Source of the DNA: a virus
Virus record (IMG/VR): IMGVR_UViG_3300037882_001492
Location: 1-64,000 of that record
Direction: 5' to 3' (one strand)
DNA: 64,000 bases
The notes under the pieces were generated by a model that did no database searches, had not been told where the DNA came from, and saw only the letters and a list, made by a program, of their open reading frames with translations. A program made the translations under genes and the position numbers. Shown piece after piece: positions 35,407 to 44,823 of this stretch (the stretch's first letter is position 1; every line of letters begins with the position of its first letter).

Positions 35407-35937
35407 TTATTCGTGGTGACAATCGTTTCGTTCAAAACTATTAGTCGCAAAACTATATTCAATTTCAGAGTGATCGTCCCAAAGGATTTCAAAGGAATCT
35501 TTATCAAGTTGATAAATAGTTCTTTCGATTAACTCATAAACCATTTTAAGCGGTTCAGTATATTTTTCAAAAGATTCATGCACTCCAAATTTTGATTGTT
35601 TTAAACCAACATCATAGAGACAACTAAAAACATATCCTTCGTAATAAGAATCTTCATCTTCAAGATCGGTAAACTCACTCCCAATATAGTGTAAACAATA
35701 ATTCAAATCAAAATGACAATTAAAAACACACTCATCACCATCATTAAAATAAGGTGTGTATTGAGTCCAACGAACTACAAAATCTTGAATAGGAAAATCA
35801 GGGTATTTTGCTCTGATTTCATCAATGCCTTTTTGCAATTCATTTTTTAAGATTCCTTCGCCTTCTGATCGAATCTTAAGTTTGAATTCGGTCATGGCTT
35901 GTTTGAAATTGTTTTGAAGTGTAAGAATTTGTTCCAT
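35407..35937 (-). CDS. Conserved phage protein
   Basis: WTQYTPYFNDGDEC.F motif, C-terminal DH...DCHHE. Confidence 0.75.
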   Translation of the reverse strand: MEQILTLQNNFKQAMTEFKLKIRSEGEGILKNELQKGIDEIRAKYPDFPIQDFVVRWTQYTPYFNDGDECVFNCHFDLNYCLHYIGSEFTDLEDEDSYYEGYVFSCLYDVGLKQSKFGVHESFEKYTEPLKMVYELIERTIYQLDKDSFEILWDDHSEIEYSFATNSFERNDCHHE

Positions 35938-35953
35938 TATATTGTTGATTTAG

Positions 35954-36030
35954 TGGTAGGCACGACAGGGTACGATCCTGTAACTTTCTCCGTGTAAAGA
36001 AGATACTCTAGCCAATTGAGTTACGCGCCC
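35954..36030 (-). tRNA. tRNA-Val(TAC)
   Basis: TCTTC-TT-TAC-AC-GGAGA, CCA; T-loop ATCGTAC. Confidence 0.88.
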
Positions 36031-36048
36031 GTTATCTTAGACTACCTA

Positions 36049-36309
36049 TTATAGATAATATCTCGGATTTTTATAAACGATATTGTTCATATAACAATTG
36101 TCCCATTCAGCCCGTAAACGAGCCAATTCTTTTCTTTTTCTCTCTCTGTTTTCCATTGCTTCCCGATAAACCTTACTACTCCATTCCTTATTGTGAGCAG
36201 GATTCTCTGTCTCTTGAGACATGTAATAAAATCCCATAGCAGGAACAGTTACAGCACAAGACTGTAAACTAACAAGTAACAGGGATATCAGTAAAATTAT
36301 TGTTTTCAT
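36049..36309 (-). CDS. Putative lipoprotein
   Basis: MKTIILLISLLLVSLQSC. Confidence 0.55.
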   Translation of the reverse strand: MKTIILLISLLLVSLQSCAVTVPAMGFYYMSQETENPAHNKEWSSKVYREAMENRERKRKELARLRAEWDNCYMNNIVYKNPRYYL

Positions 36310-36676
36310 TTTGTTTATTTGTTGTGTTTGGTTCTGTTTGTGTAAGTCCCACTAAAACTATATGATCGTTTACTTTTACTACAAGTTCTTTGTTATTAGC
36401 ACTTTTCAACCCATTTAAAGGCTCAACAGATACTTTGTAATTTTCAATATCTTCCCGGCATCGCAAGTAAAAAGTATCGCCGGTTCTACGATATAATTCG
36501 TCAAGGACATACCACGCTGCTTTTCGTAGGTCTTGAATGGCATTTCCTTTATTATCGGCTCTCCATAGGTATTTTACAGCATTTCCTACGCTAAATCCCA
36601 TATGGCGAGTGATATCAATGCATTCAATCCCTGATGGGTGTTTGCGATAGTGTTCTGTGGGGACTTTATTCATCAT
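36269..36676 (-). CDS. DUF3310 (T7 gp1.7/SaV-like) protein
   Basis: P.HY..HPSGIECIDI, GNAVKYLWRA..K, QDLRKA.WY. Confidence 0.85.
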   Translation of the reverse strand: MMNKVPTEHYRKHPSGIECIDITRHMGFSVGNAVKYLWRADNKGNAIQDLRKAAWYVLDELYRRTGDTFYLRCREDIENYKVSVEPLNGLKSANNKELVVKVNDHIVLVGLTQTEPNTTNKQNENNNFTDIPVTC

Positions 36677-36884
36677 AAACTAAATTATTTACAAATATAA
36701 CTTTCATATCTTTATCCACAACAACTGCGGCCTCGGAACCAGAATATCCGTTTATATCACGATATTCTTTTGCACAATCTCTAGCAAATTTAATTGCCTC
36801 TTTTTTTCTATTGAAAGATTGAGAATAAGGTAATCCATGTAAAAAAGAAACAGAATTTTTTCCATAAAATACTGTGTATTTCAT
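36666..36884 (-). CDS. Hypothetical protein
   Basis: 72 aa. Confidence 0.55.
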   Translation of the reverse strand: MKYTVFYGKNSVSFLHGLPYSQSFNRKKEAIKFARDCAKEYRDINGYSGSEAAVVVDKDMKVIFVNNLVYDE

Positions 36885-37273
36885 AGCAAGTTTAGCCTTT
36901 TAAATAAGGATTGAATTTCATAATAAATTTCTTCATTTTCAATATGACTTGCAGTAAAAATAACCTCTAATATTTTTAACATTCTATACGATTCAGAAAA
37001 CAACATAGCATATTCTTCTCTTGTTGGGCCACCTTTAAAAATTTGATCTTTAGTTGAGTTTGATGGAGTTCCGTATGCAGGATGAATTGTTGCAATTGTT
37101 AAAGTATCGTCCCAAATCTCAATAGTCCCAGGATTTCCAGAAGGGTTATTAACATCATCATCTTTAACAATGTTGAGGGATAACGAACATTCATAATCGG
37201 ATAGTTGTGTCATTTTGACTTTTAAGGGAGGGGAGGAAGAACACCGGGATATTTTATAAAAGCAACCACCCAT
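36881..37273 (-). CDS. Hypothetical protein
   Basis: Start uncertain. Confidence 0.5.
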   Translation of the reverse strand: MGGCFYKISRCSSSPPLKVKMTQLSDYECSLSLNIVKDDDVNNPSGNPGTIEIWDDTLTIATIHPAYGTPSNSTKDQIFKGGPTREEYAMLFSESYRMLKILEVIFTASHIENEEIYYEIQSLFKRLNLL

Positions 37274-37509
37274 TGAAGCATATCAACTATCCAAAAGATA
37301 ATTCGATAAACGAAATTCAATCCCCAAGGTGCATAAAGGTCACCCGATTCTTCTGTTGACGGTACATCAAATTGCCCAATCGAAGCATAACCTTTAGGTG
37401 TTGTATCTTCATAAACATTATTAGTTTGTTTATATGAAACTCTTTTCACAAATGGAAGGTATTGTGAAATTATATTAATTAACCGCGTATTGAAAGGAAT
37501 ATTATACAT
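37222..37509 (-). CDS. Hypothetical protein
   Basis: 95 aa. Confidence 0.5.
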   Translation of the reverse strand: MYNIPFNTRLINIISQYLPFVKRVSYKQTNNVYEDTTPKGYASIGQFDVPSTEESGDLYAPWGLNFVYRIIFWIVDMLQWVVAFIKYPGVLPPLP

Positions 37510-37510
37510 T

Positions 37511-38041
37511 TTATTGTTTTTTCATCCACAATTTAAATCCCATTCTCCAATTAAAACCATATTTATAAGATGGTGGGAAATTGGATGCATATAGTTCATG
37601 TTTATAATACGGTGGCAAGTAATAATTAGGTTGAAAATTTCCTCTTACCATTTGAATATTACCGTTTGTCCCCTCAATTTCAATTAAAAAAGGATCGTTC
37701 TCACTTGCAACAATATTTGAAGGAAGCAAATTGAAGTCTCTTGGAACCCAGGTGTTATTGCCTATTAACAAGACTTTCTCTTGAAAAACAATTGGTCGGT
37801 TCCCGCTAGGGCCAAGACCTTTTCTTATTCTAACTATCACACTTCCAGGAACATAAACATAAAAAGACAACTCTAATTTTGCTAGAACACCATCTGATTC
37901 AACAATTACTTGTTGTTGAACATCGTGGTAAACACACATGATTCCAGCATTTTTTTTAGGAGAATGTTGGTCCATGTAAAAAGAATCTTGTTCCGGGGCA
38001 GTAAACAAGAACATCGAAAGTAAGAGAAAGATTTTTAACAT
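37511..38041 (-). CDS. Secreted/beta-rich hypothetical protein
   Basis: Start MLKIFLLLSMFLF at 38041 (the longer ORF overlaps tRNA-Pro). Confidence 0.6.
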   Translation of the reverse strand: MLKIFLLLSMFLFTAPEQDSFYMDQHSPKKNAGIMCVYHDVQQQVIVESDGVLAKLELSFYVYVPGSVIVRIRKGLGPSGNRPIVFQEKVLLIGNNTWVPRDFNLLPSNIVASENDPFLIEIEGTNGNIQMVRGNFQPNYYLPPYYKHELYASNFPPSYKYGFNWRMGFKLWMKKQ

Positions 38042-38049
38042 TTTTTTTA

Positions 38050-38123
38050 TGGTCAGAGTAGAAGGAATCGAACCTTCGCTACAAGTTCCCAAAACTGGTG
38101 TGCTACCATTATACCATACCCTG
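38050..38123 (-). tRNA. tRNA-Pro(TGG)
   Basis: Loop TT-TGG-GA, C1-G72, A73, CCA. Confidence 0.88.
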
Positions 38124-38127
38124 TTAT

Positions 38128-38367
38128 TTATTTATTCTCGTAATGATGAATTCTGTGGCAATTAGAACACAAAACTTCACACTTTTCAATTTCTTTTAAT
38201 ATTTTACTTTCCGCCCATCCAGCGCGTTGTATCTCTGAAATACCTATTGACTTTTCTCTAATGTGGTGAAAATCTAAGACCCTAAAATCATCATTTCCAC
38301 AGCGGACACAACTTTTTGTTTTTTTTATATTTGTAATGAACTCCCTAATTTTCTTCCGCCTAGTCAT
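38128..38367 (-). CDS. Short HNH endonuclease next to tRNA-Pro
   Basis: CVRCG...LDFHH...EI.KC.VLCSNCHR.HH, same family as 25970-26404. Confidence 0.85.
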   Translation of the reverse strand: MTRRKKIREFITNIKKTKSCVRCGNDDFRVLDFHHIREKSIGISEIQRAGWAESKILKEIEKCEVLCSNCHRIHHYENK

Positions 38368-38447
38368 TCACTTTATTATACTTAAAAGACAACGATTTTG
38401 TAATAGTGCGACAGAGAATATTAAATATTCATTAAACTTTCGTTTCA

Positions 38448-40256
38448 CTATGCTTTTAAAACTCTATACCACACCACTATATGACCAAAAGCATTAGTGG
38501 TAGATTCAGTTGCAGAATATTTCAATGCGGTATTGTCTGATAGGGAAACCCCATGAAAATTAGAAGATACAATATGTTGAATTGCCGTCGCATACGATAT
38601 AGCAATTACAAGTCTATTTGCTATAGTGTCGTTACCGTCGGTTAAAAATAAAGCTCCGGTAACAGTTCCGGTACCGTAAATCACCAATTCTGCATTGTAT
38701 ACTACAATTTTATATCCAGCGCCAGGGGCATCAACTAAAGTTGCATTAGAAACAGGAAAGCTTCCGGCAGCACTTAAAGCAACATAAGCATAATTTAAAC
38801 CAGAACTTGATCTAACTGATACTTGCCCCCCTGGTAAACTTGAACTGCTAATACCAGTTAAATTAACTTCTACTGATGCGGCACTATCCCAACTAACAGG
38901 AACAGTTTCCCCGTCTAGAGTTACTTTAACATCAGCAGAGTTATAACCAGACACCCCAACAGTACCGTCAACAGTTAATGATCCTTCATTATCAATAACC
39001 GGTACTGATCCTGTAATTGAAACTCCTTCACCATCTAAAGTAACTTTAACATCCGCAGTATTATAACCGGATACCCCAACAACTTCACTATCCAGAGTTA
39101 CTTTAACATCAGCAGAGTTATAACCAGATACCCCAACAGTACCGTCAACAGTTAAAGAACCACCATTATCAGTAACAGGAATAGTTTCACCGTCTAAAGT
39201 AACTTTAACATCAGCAGAATTGTATCCCGAAACTCCGATATTAACTCCTGGATCAATAGAAGAAACTCCAACTTTATTAATGTTTACGACTGTGCTTCCA
39301 CCGCTTTGTTCATTAGCGTTATACACAATTAATCCAACAACCCCACCAATAGAACTAACATTAACAGAACTGGCATTTATTCCACCAGGAGCAGTTCCAG
39401 ATACCGCGCCGGATAAAGAAACATTGTTTACGGTTACTGACTCCCCATCTAAAGTAACTTTAACATCAGCGGAATCATATCCAGAAACCCCAAAAGTTCC
39501 ACCGTTCAAAGACACTCCTATAGTTTCACCGTCTAGAGTTACTTTAACATCAGCAGAGTTATAACCAGACACTCCTACAATTCCATCAACAGTTAAAGAG
39601 CCGCCGTTATCGGTAACAGGAACAGTTTCACCGTCTAAAGTTATTTTAACATCAGCAGAATTATACCCTGAAACTGCAACAATTTCACTATCAAGAGTAA
39701 CCTTAACATCCGCAGAATTATAACCCGACACTCCAATCGTCCCATCAACAGTTAAAGAACCACCATTATCCGTAACTGCAACAGTTTCACCGTCTAAAGT
39801 TATTTTAACATCGGCAGAATCATAACCAGAAACACCAACTTTATTAGAAACAGTAACCGCTCCACCAGTTCCGGTACTTCCCGATTCGTTAGCATTGAAT
39901 ACAATTAACCCAGCAACACCGTTTACTGAACTTAAATTAGCTTGGTATAGTGTTGACCCACCACTACCATGCAGCCCGGAAACAGACACAGAAGAATATG
40001 AAGTTCCATTTCCTCCTGTAATTTCACCAGGATTGCTTATATGAACCACTAATGATCCGCCAGTAGAGGATAAATCTCCACCAGACCCTCTTACAATTAC
40101 ACGGCCATCCCAAGGATTATTAGATCCAGACGGATCAACAATTACAATCGCACTTACAGTACCACTAACTCCCGTCGAACCACCACCGCCACCACCGCCA
40201 CTTGTGGAAACCCCGTCGCATATCCCCTCACCTGTTGGAGTTTGAAATAAACCCAT
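38448..40256 (-). CDS. Gly/Ser/Val-rich repeat virion fibre-like protein
   Basis: Nine VSGY(N/D)(S/T)ADVK(V/I)TLD and four DN(G/E)GSLTVDG repeats. Confidence 0.75.
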   Translation of the reverse strand: MGLFQTPTGEGICDGVSTSGGGGGGGSTGVSGTVSAIVIVDPSGSNNPWDGRVIVRGSGGDLSSTGGSLVVHISNPGEITGGNGTSYSSVSVSGLHGSGGSTLYQANLSSVNGVAGLIVFNANESGSTGTGGAVTVSNKVGVSGYDSADVKITLDGETVAVTDNGGSLTVDGTIGVSGYNSADVKVTLDSEIVAVSGYNSADVKITLDGETVPVTDNGGSLTVDGIVGVSGYNSADVKVTLDGETIGVSLNGGTFGVSGYDSADVKVTLDGESVTVNNVSLSGAVSGTAPGGINASSVNVSSIGGVVGLIVYNANEQSGGSTVVNINKVGVSSIDPGVNIGVSGYNSADVKVTLDGETIPVTDNGGSLTVDGTVGVSGYNSADVKVTLDSEVVGVSGYNTADVKVTLDGEGVSITGSVPVIDNEGSLTVDGTVGVSGYNSADVKVTLDGETVPVSWDSAASVEVNLTGISSSSLPGGQVSVRSSSGLNYAYVALSAAGSFPVSNATLVDAPGAGYKIVVYNAELVIYGTGTVTGALFLTDGNDTIANRLVIAISYATAIQHIVSSNFHGVSLSDNTALKYSATESTTNAFGHIVVWYRVLKA

Positions 40257-40265
40257 TCAAAGTAT

Positions 40266-40685
40266 TTAGTCTATTTCTGTAATAGTATAAATAACTCCCA
40301 CTTTTCCACCTACAGCACCAGCACCAGTAATGGAGGCATTAATCGCTTTATTAGTGCCACCATTAAAAGGAATTTCAAGAACAATGTTTTTATTATCAAT
40401 AAAACCATTTCCTGAATTAAAAGTAGTACCTGTGTACATTACGACAGAATCAGCATTTTGAACTGCAATATCCATAGATCCAGCCGATGAAACTGATATA
40501 GAAAAACCCCAAATATTGTAACGCAAATTTGCGCCAGGAACGGGTAAAATGGCTGTAACCCCTGACGCGATAACGCTAACCGCTGAATAAGACAAAAATT
40601 GTCTATTTTTTTGATTTCCAGGTGCGTTTCCTAGTGAGCTACCAAAAGAACTTGCAGCAAGATTATAGGGACTTACAGATACCAT
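40266..40685 (-). CDS. Probable virion structural protein
   Basis: Beta-rich, CTATATAA upstream, resembles the C-terminal domain of 38448-40256. Confidence 0.6.
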   Translation of the reverse strand: MVSVSPYNLAASSFGSSLGNAPGNQKNRQFLSYSAVSVIASGVTAILPVPGANLRYNIWGFSISVSSAGSMDIAVQNADSVVMYTGTTFNSGNGFIDNKNIVLEIPFNGGTNKAINASITGAGAVGGKVGVIYTITEID

Positions 40686-40736
40686 TTATATTATATAGCA
40701 TTAATTCCTGCCATTAAAAATAAAGATACTAAAGTA

Positions 40737-40744
40737 TATAAATA
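40737..40744 (+). promoter_or_regulatory. T4-type late promoter
   Basis: TATAAATA 11 nt before ATG 40756. Confidence 0.55.
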
Positions 40745-40755
40745 GGAACTTTAAT

Positions 40756-41340
40756 ATGTTGCGAAACACAGTTGATGAAAACTTAAAAATCCTTGATATT
40801 TTATGGGATTCAGCCGAAATTGGTTTAGCATTAGTAAATCAAGACGGTAAATTTCTTAGAGTTAATCCAAAGTTTTGTACAATGTTGGAATACACGGAAG
40901 GAGAGTTATTAGATAAAACCTTCCATTCTGTCACGCATCCAGATGATTTAACAGCCGACATAAACGCAGCAAAAGAGGTTTCAGACGGTAAAAGAGACAG
41001 TTATATAATGTTTAAAAGATATATCCCAAAAACAGGAGATTGTATAATTTGGGCTAAACTACATGTCGAACCTATTAAACAACAAGATGGAAACTTCTTA
41101 TATTTCTTAAGTCAAACAAGTGAATTTGCAGTTCAAGAACGAATAATTTCTACAAAAGTTGTTAAACCAGAAGAGATTGGAATAATGGATATCGTTAAAT
41201 TCCTCCTAAAACGATGGAAGATCGTCATTGCGGTTATTTCAATGACGATCTCTTTAGTTTATGGCGCTAGTGTATTCTATAACAAACTAAACACCGTTAT
41301 TGACGATCACTCAAGACCCACTCACATTGAATCCAAGTAA
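40756..41340 (+). CDS. PAS-domain protein with C-terminal TM helix
   Basis: IG.ALV..DG.FLRVN..FC.ML.YT..ELL...F..VTHPDD, KRY..K.G..IW; hydrophobic WKIVIAVISMTISLVYGASVF. Confidence 0.85.
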   Translation: MLRNTVDENLKILDILWDSAEIGLALVNQDGKFLRVNPKFCTMLEYTEGELLDKTFHSVTHPDDLTADINAAKEVSDGKRDSYIMFKRYIPKTGDCIIWAKLHVEPIKQQDGNFLYFLSQTSEFAVQERIISTKVVKPEEIGIMDIVKFLLKRWKIVIAVISMTISLVYGASVFYNKLNTVIDDHSRPTHIESK

Positions 41341-42609
41341 TTTCTTGTTTTCATAAAGCGGAATCATACTCTTGGTTTTAGCAGGAAGTTTCTTTTCAAG
41401 AGAGTATTCAGCCAATTTCAAACAAACATTGTTTTTAATAAATCTTCGAATATTTCTTGCTCCATATTCTTCCGAATAAGAGTTTTCAACAACATAATCT
41501 ATTAAATCAGAATCAATGTTTACAGAAGTAGGAAGTTCTTTCTCTAAGTGAAGTTTGGCAATTGCAAAAGCATCTTCTTTTGAAAGTTGTCTAAAGTGAA
41601 TAATCTTATCAAATCTGTTGATTAACTCAGGAGCAAAGTCTTTCTTAATTGCTTCATCAATAACTTCTCTACCGTTCACTTCATTGGCATTCTTGACGAA
41701 TCCAATCTCTTTCTTATTCTTCTTATCCAACATATCTTTTACACCAATATTAGATGTAAAGATAAAGATTGATTTGGTAAAATCATGTGTTGCACTCTTG
41801 TTGTCAGTAATCTTACCTGAATCTAAGATTCCAAGAAGTAATTGTTGTAATCTTTCTGATGCTTTTTCAAACTCATCAAATACGATTACCCATTCATTTG
41901 ACTTCTCTGATAAAGTCGAAATAAACGACTTCTCATCATGTCCAATATATCCAGGAGGGCTTCCTAAGAGTTTATTCTGTTCATGTGCTGTAGCATATTC
42001 ACCACAGTTTACAATATAAATTCGTTCTGGGTCATCCAGGAAATACTTGGCAACCATTTTAGCGGTTTCAGTTTTTCCTATTCCAGTAGACCCTACAAAC
42101 AATGCTGAAATCATTGGCGAAAAGTCTGTTGCCTTTAATTTCAGTAAATCAGTAATCTCTGTCAAGGCTTCCGCTTGACCAATAACATTCTGATTAAGGA
42201 CAGTAACCAAAGACTCAAAGAACTTACTATTCTTCTTCTTAGTCTTGGTTTCCTTTTGAGCAGATTTGGCTTCTGCAAACAGACTTGTTCTCTCTCTATG
42301 ATTATAGGTCATAGCGAAAGTTTCAACCGCTAATGCAGGATAAATCTCACAAATCTCATGGTAAATAGCCTCATCAATCTTTTCTTTACCAGTCCTAATT
42401 ACAAGATCGTCGCAAATTCTAGTGACATAATCCACATAGGTCTTAAGCGTATCTTCTTTGACTAGCATTAATAACATTTCGTAATAAGCAGTAAACTCAG
42501 CAAGAGTTAAAGCTTTGATTTTTACAAATTTGTTAGCAGTTTCGTCAGGAATGATGTAGTTTACGGCGTTAGTTGGTGTTTTGGAGGTCTTCGAAGGTGA
42601 ATTTTTCAT
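41311..42609 (-). CDS. ClpA/ClpB-type single-NBD AAA+ ATPase
   Basis: VIGQ.EA, GSTGIGKTE, KLLGSPPGYIGHDE, FDEFEKA, IFTSN, PELINRFD, YGARNIRR. Confidence 0.92.
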   Translation of the reverse strand: MKNSPSKTSKTPTNAVNYIIPDETANKFVKIKALTLAEFTAYYEMLLMLVKEDTLKTYVDYVTRICDDLVIRTGKEKIDEAIYHEICEIYPALAVETFAMTYNHRERTSLFAEAKSAQKETKTKKKNSKFFESLVTVLNQNVIGQAEALTEITDLLKLKATDFSPMISALFVGSTGIGKTETAKMVAKYFLDDPERIYIVNCGEYATAHEQNKLLGSPPGYIGHDEKSFISTLSEKSNEWVIVFDEFEKASERLQQLLLGILDSGKITDNKSATHDFTKSIFIFTSNIGVKDMLDKKNKKEIGFVKNANEVNGREVIDEAIKKDFAPELINRFDKIIHFRQLSKEDAFAIAKLHLEKELPTSVNIDSDLIDYVVENSYSEEYGARNIRRFIKNNVCLKLAEYSLEKKLPAKTKSMIPLYENKKLLGFNVSGS

Positions 42610-42901
42610 TTGCGTTTACAGGTTTTCCTTTCGATTGCACTTCAATTTCTTTAATAGCAATCTTAGCAGAAATTTCAATAAGTTTTAAAATCTTGTCATT
42701 TACATTGTGAACTGATTCCAAGCATTTAACAATACATTGGGCATAATCTACAATAGAAGTTTCTTTTAGCTTCTCTTCAAATCTTTTAATAGTTTCATAG
42801 ATTTGCTTGCGATCTTCTTTGCAATCATCAATCAATTCAGTAATAATCTTTTCAATTCGATTCTGGTTCAGACGGCTTTTCTTAGGTTGATAGTTTCCCA
42901 T
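42569..42901 (-). CDS. Helical hypothetical protein
   Basis: 110 aa. Confidence 0.65.
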   Translation of the reverse strand: MGNYQPKKSRLNQNRIEKIITELIDDCKEDRKQIYETIKRFEEKLKETSIVDYAQCIVKCLESVHNVNDKILKLIEISAKIAIKEIEVQSKGKPVNANEKFTFEDLQNTN

Positions 42902-43299
42902 TAGAACATTGGTTTAAAGTTTTTAACTTTATCTTTGTGCGATTTGGTTGCATAACCACGCTGTTCTTTACCTTTCTCTTCATAACCTTTTGTCTTTTGC
43001 AAATGGGCGCTACCGTGTTTAGTTTGAGTTCTCTTTGAATAAGATTCAATCTCTGATAATGGAGTTGTTGCAGGAAATCCTTTTACAACTTTATCTGTTG
43101 ATTTCTCCCCCCAAGTTCCTTTTGTGATAACATAGATTCTATCCGATTCAGGAGTGGAAAATACAGTTCCGTAAGGTCTTTGTGCCATCGCATCTTTAAT
43201 TGATGGAAACGAAAGAATTTTAGACTTTTTAGGATCTAAAATTGCTTTTCTAGGACTAAAGCCAGTCTTTTTTGATTCGAATAATACGCCTCTTCTCAC
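42901..43299 (-). CDS. Basic protein, possible internal head protein
   Basis: CTAAATA upstream; N-terminal VLFE leader. Confidence 0.55.
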   Translation of the reverse strand: MRRGVLFESKKTGFSPRKAILDPKKSKILSFPSIKDAMAQRPYGTVFSTPESDRIYVITKGTWGEKSTDKVVKGFPATTPLSEIESYSKRTQTKHGSAHLQKTKGYEEKGKEQRGYATKSHKDKVKNFKPMF

Positions 43300-43329
43300 A
43301 CTTTATTTAGCACTACCAAGGAATCTATG

Positions 43330-43632
43330 TTATAGTTTCTTAACCATCGAACTAAAGTCTTCTAAATCTTTTTTCTTTTTAGTTTTCACAGAAAATTTAT
43401 CAGAAAAAGAGCCGTATAAGGAAGGAAGGTCGTCTTTCCTAACCGGAGCAGGCTTCCGCCTACATAGCCGCCCTAGCCACGAAAATACCCTAGAAACCGC
43501 AGCCCAAACCAACCATAAAAACGATCCAACAACTAACATAAACATGATCCCGGCAAAAAACGGGTTCACTTCGGCCACCGAAGCAATATAGCCTATGAAC
43601 AGAGTTAGAGCTACAAGGAAAAAAGTTTTCAT
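43330..43632 (-). CDS. Membrane protein
   Basis: Two TM segments. Confidence 0.65.
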   Translation of the reverse strand: MKTFFLVALTLFIGYIASVAEVNPFFAGIMFMLVVGSFLWLVWAAVSRVFSWLGRLCRRKPAPVRKDDLPSLYGSFSDKFSVKTKKKKDLEDFSSMVKKL

Positions 43633-43666
43633 GGATTCTTACTATATTATAGTCTAGGAGCGCCCA

Positions 43667-44647
43667 TTACAGAAGTGCTAATTCGCCTTTTGAAATCTTC
43701 TCAACAAGAATTGTTTCTAAGGCTTCTTTTCTATGCTTTGCCGAATCACCTTTAATAGAATACCATCCCTTTGTCGGCGAGACTACTGCACCGTCTTTCA
43801 TAAGAAGATCACATAAACCTACATTTCGATCAAGACCTTTATTGAAAATTAATCTGAAATCACATTCTTGATAAGGTGTGGAAACTTTATTCTTTTTGTT
43901 CTTAACTACACCTTCAATACCCATAGGTTTACCGTTCTCGTCTACTAAAGTTCCATTAGTTTTGCTTGATGCTGTCTCTAACGAAACTGCACAATAGTAT
44001 TCTAATGACTTTCCACCACCTGCTTTAGTTCTTGGATCGCCAAACATTACTCCAATCTTTGATCTAAATTGATTGATAATCAAGAGAGCAACATTGTATT
44101 TCTTAATAAAGGTATTAACTCTTCTTAAACATTGTCCTGTAATTTTGGCTCTTTGCGCTCCAATAATTATTCCATCGCTATCTTTAAGTTCGTCGGAAAG
44201 TTCTTTATTACATGGAGTAGTTCCGATAGAATCAAATCCAATTACAATAGGAGTCTCTGTATCATGCGAGCGAATCGCTAGAATGACTTTTTCAATAAAT
44301 GCAAAACAAGTCTCAATAGTCTCTGGTTCGCTATAAATTAGTTTAAAAGGATCAACTCCTAATTGACTAGCAAACTCTTTGTTATAAGCATGTTCATTAT
44401 CCACCATTACAGTATGATAACCCTTTGCTTGTGCACCTACAAACGCATGAGTTAAAAAAACTGTTTTAGCAGTTGAAGATTCCCCAAAGATTTCTGTGAT
44501 CCCTCCTATTGGATAACCGCCATCAAACCTTCCTGAAATAATCTTGTTTAATGCTAATGAACCAGAATCCACAAACTCTGAAACTGACTCATCTTCGCTT
44601 AAAACACACGCACCTTCTAAATCCTTAATAATATCCTGAATGCTCAT
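43667..44647 (-). CDS. uvsX: RecA-like recombinase (UvsX)
   Basis: DSGSLALN, GGYP.G.ITEIFGESSTAKT, D.EHA, INQ.R.KIGVMFGDP, KNKV. Confidence 0.93.
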   Translation of the reverse strand: MSIQDIIKDLEGACVLSEDESVSEFVDSGSLALNKIISGRFDGGYPIGGITEIFGESSTAKTVFLTHAFVGAQAKGYHTVMVDNEHAYNKEFASQLGVDPFKLIYSEPETIETCFAFIEKVILAIRSHDTETPIVIGFDSIGTTPCNKELSDELKDSDGIIIGAQRAKITGQCLRRVNTFIKKYNVALLIINQFRSKIGVMFGDPRTKAGGGKSLEYYCAVSLETASSKTNGTLVDENGKPMGIEGVVKNKKNKVSTPYQECDFRLIFNKGLDRNVGLCDLLMKDGAVVSPTKGWYSIKGDSAKHRKEALETILVEKISKGELALL

Positions 44648-44655
44648 TCAGTATA

Positions 44656-44820
44656 TTATAGCGTATCTTTGTCGGTTTTAGAAGCCTTTTTCGTTGACTT
44701 TTTGTTGGATACATCGCGTACTTTATTTCCGCCGTCTTCCGGTTTGACTTCTACCTTAGACTCTTCTAGTTTTGCTTGTGCAGCAAGAATTCTTGCGGTT
44801 CTTCTATCTCGTAATCTCAT
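44656..44820 (-). CDS. Small basic protein (54 aa)
   Basis: MRLRDRRTARILAAQAKLEE..., fills the gap. Confidence 0.5.
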   Translation of the reverse strand: MRLRDRRTARILAAQAKLEESKVEVKPEDGGNKVRDVSNKKSTKKASKTDKDTL

Positions 44821-44823
44821 GTC

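Noticed and set aside
38448-40256. DGR template/variable repeat
   Set aside because: Differences among repeats are mostly synonymous, not adenine-specific; no reverse transcriptase in the window
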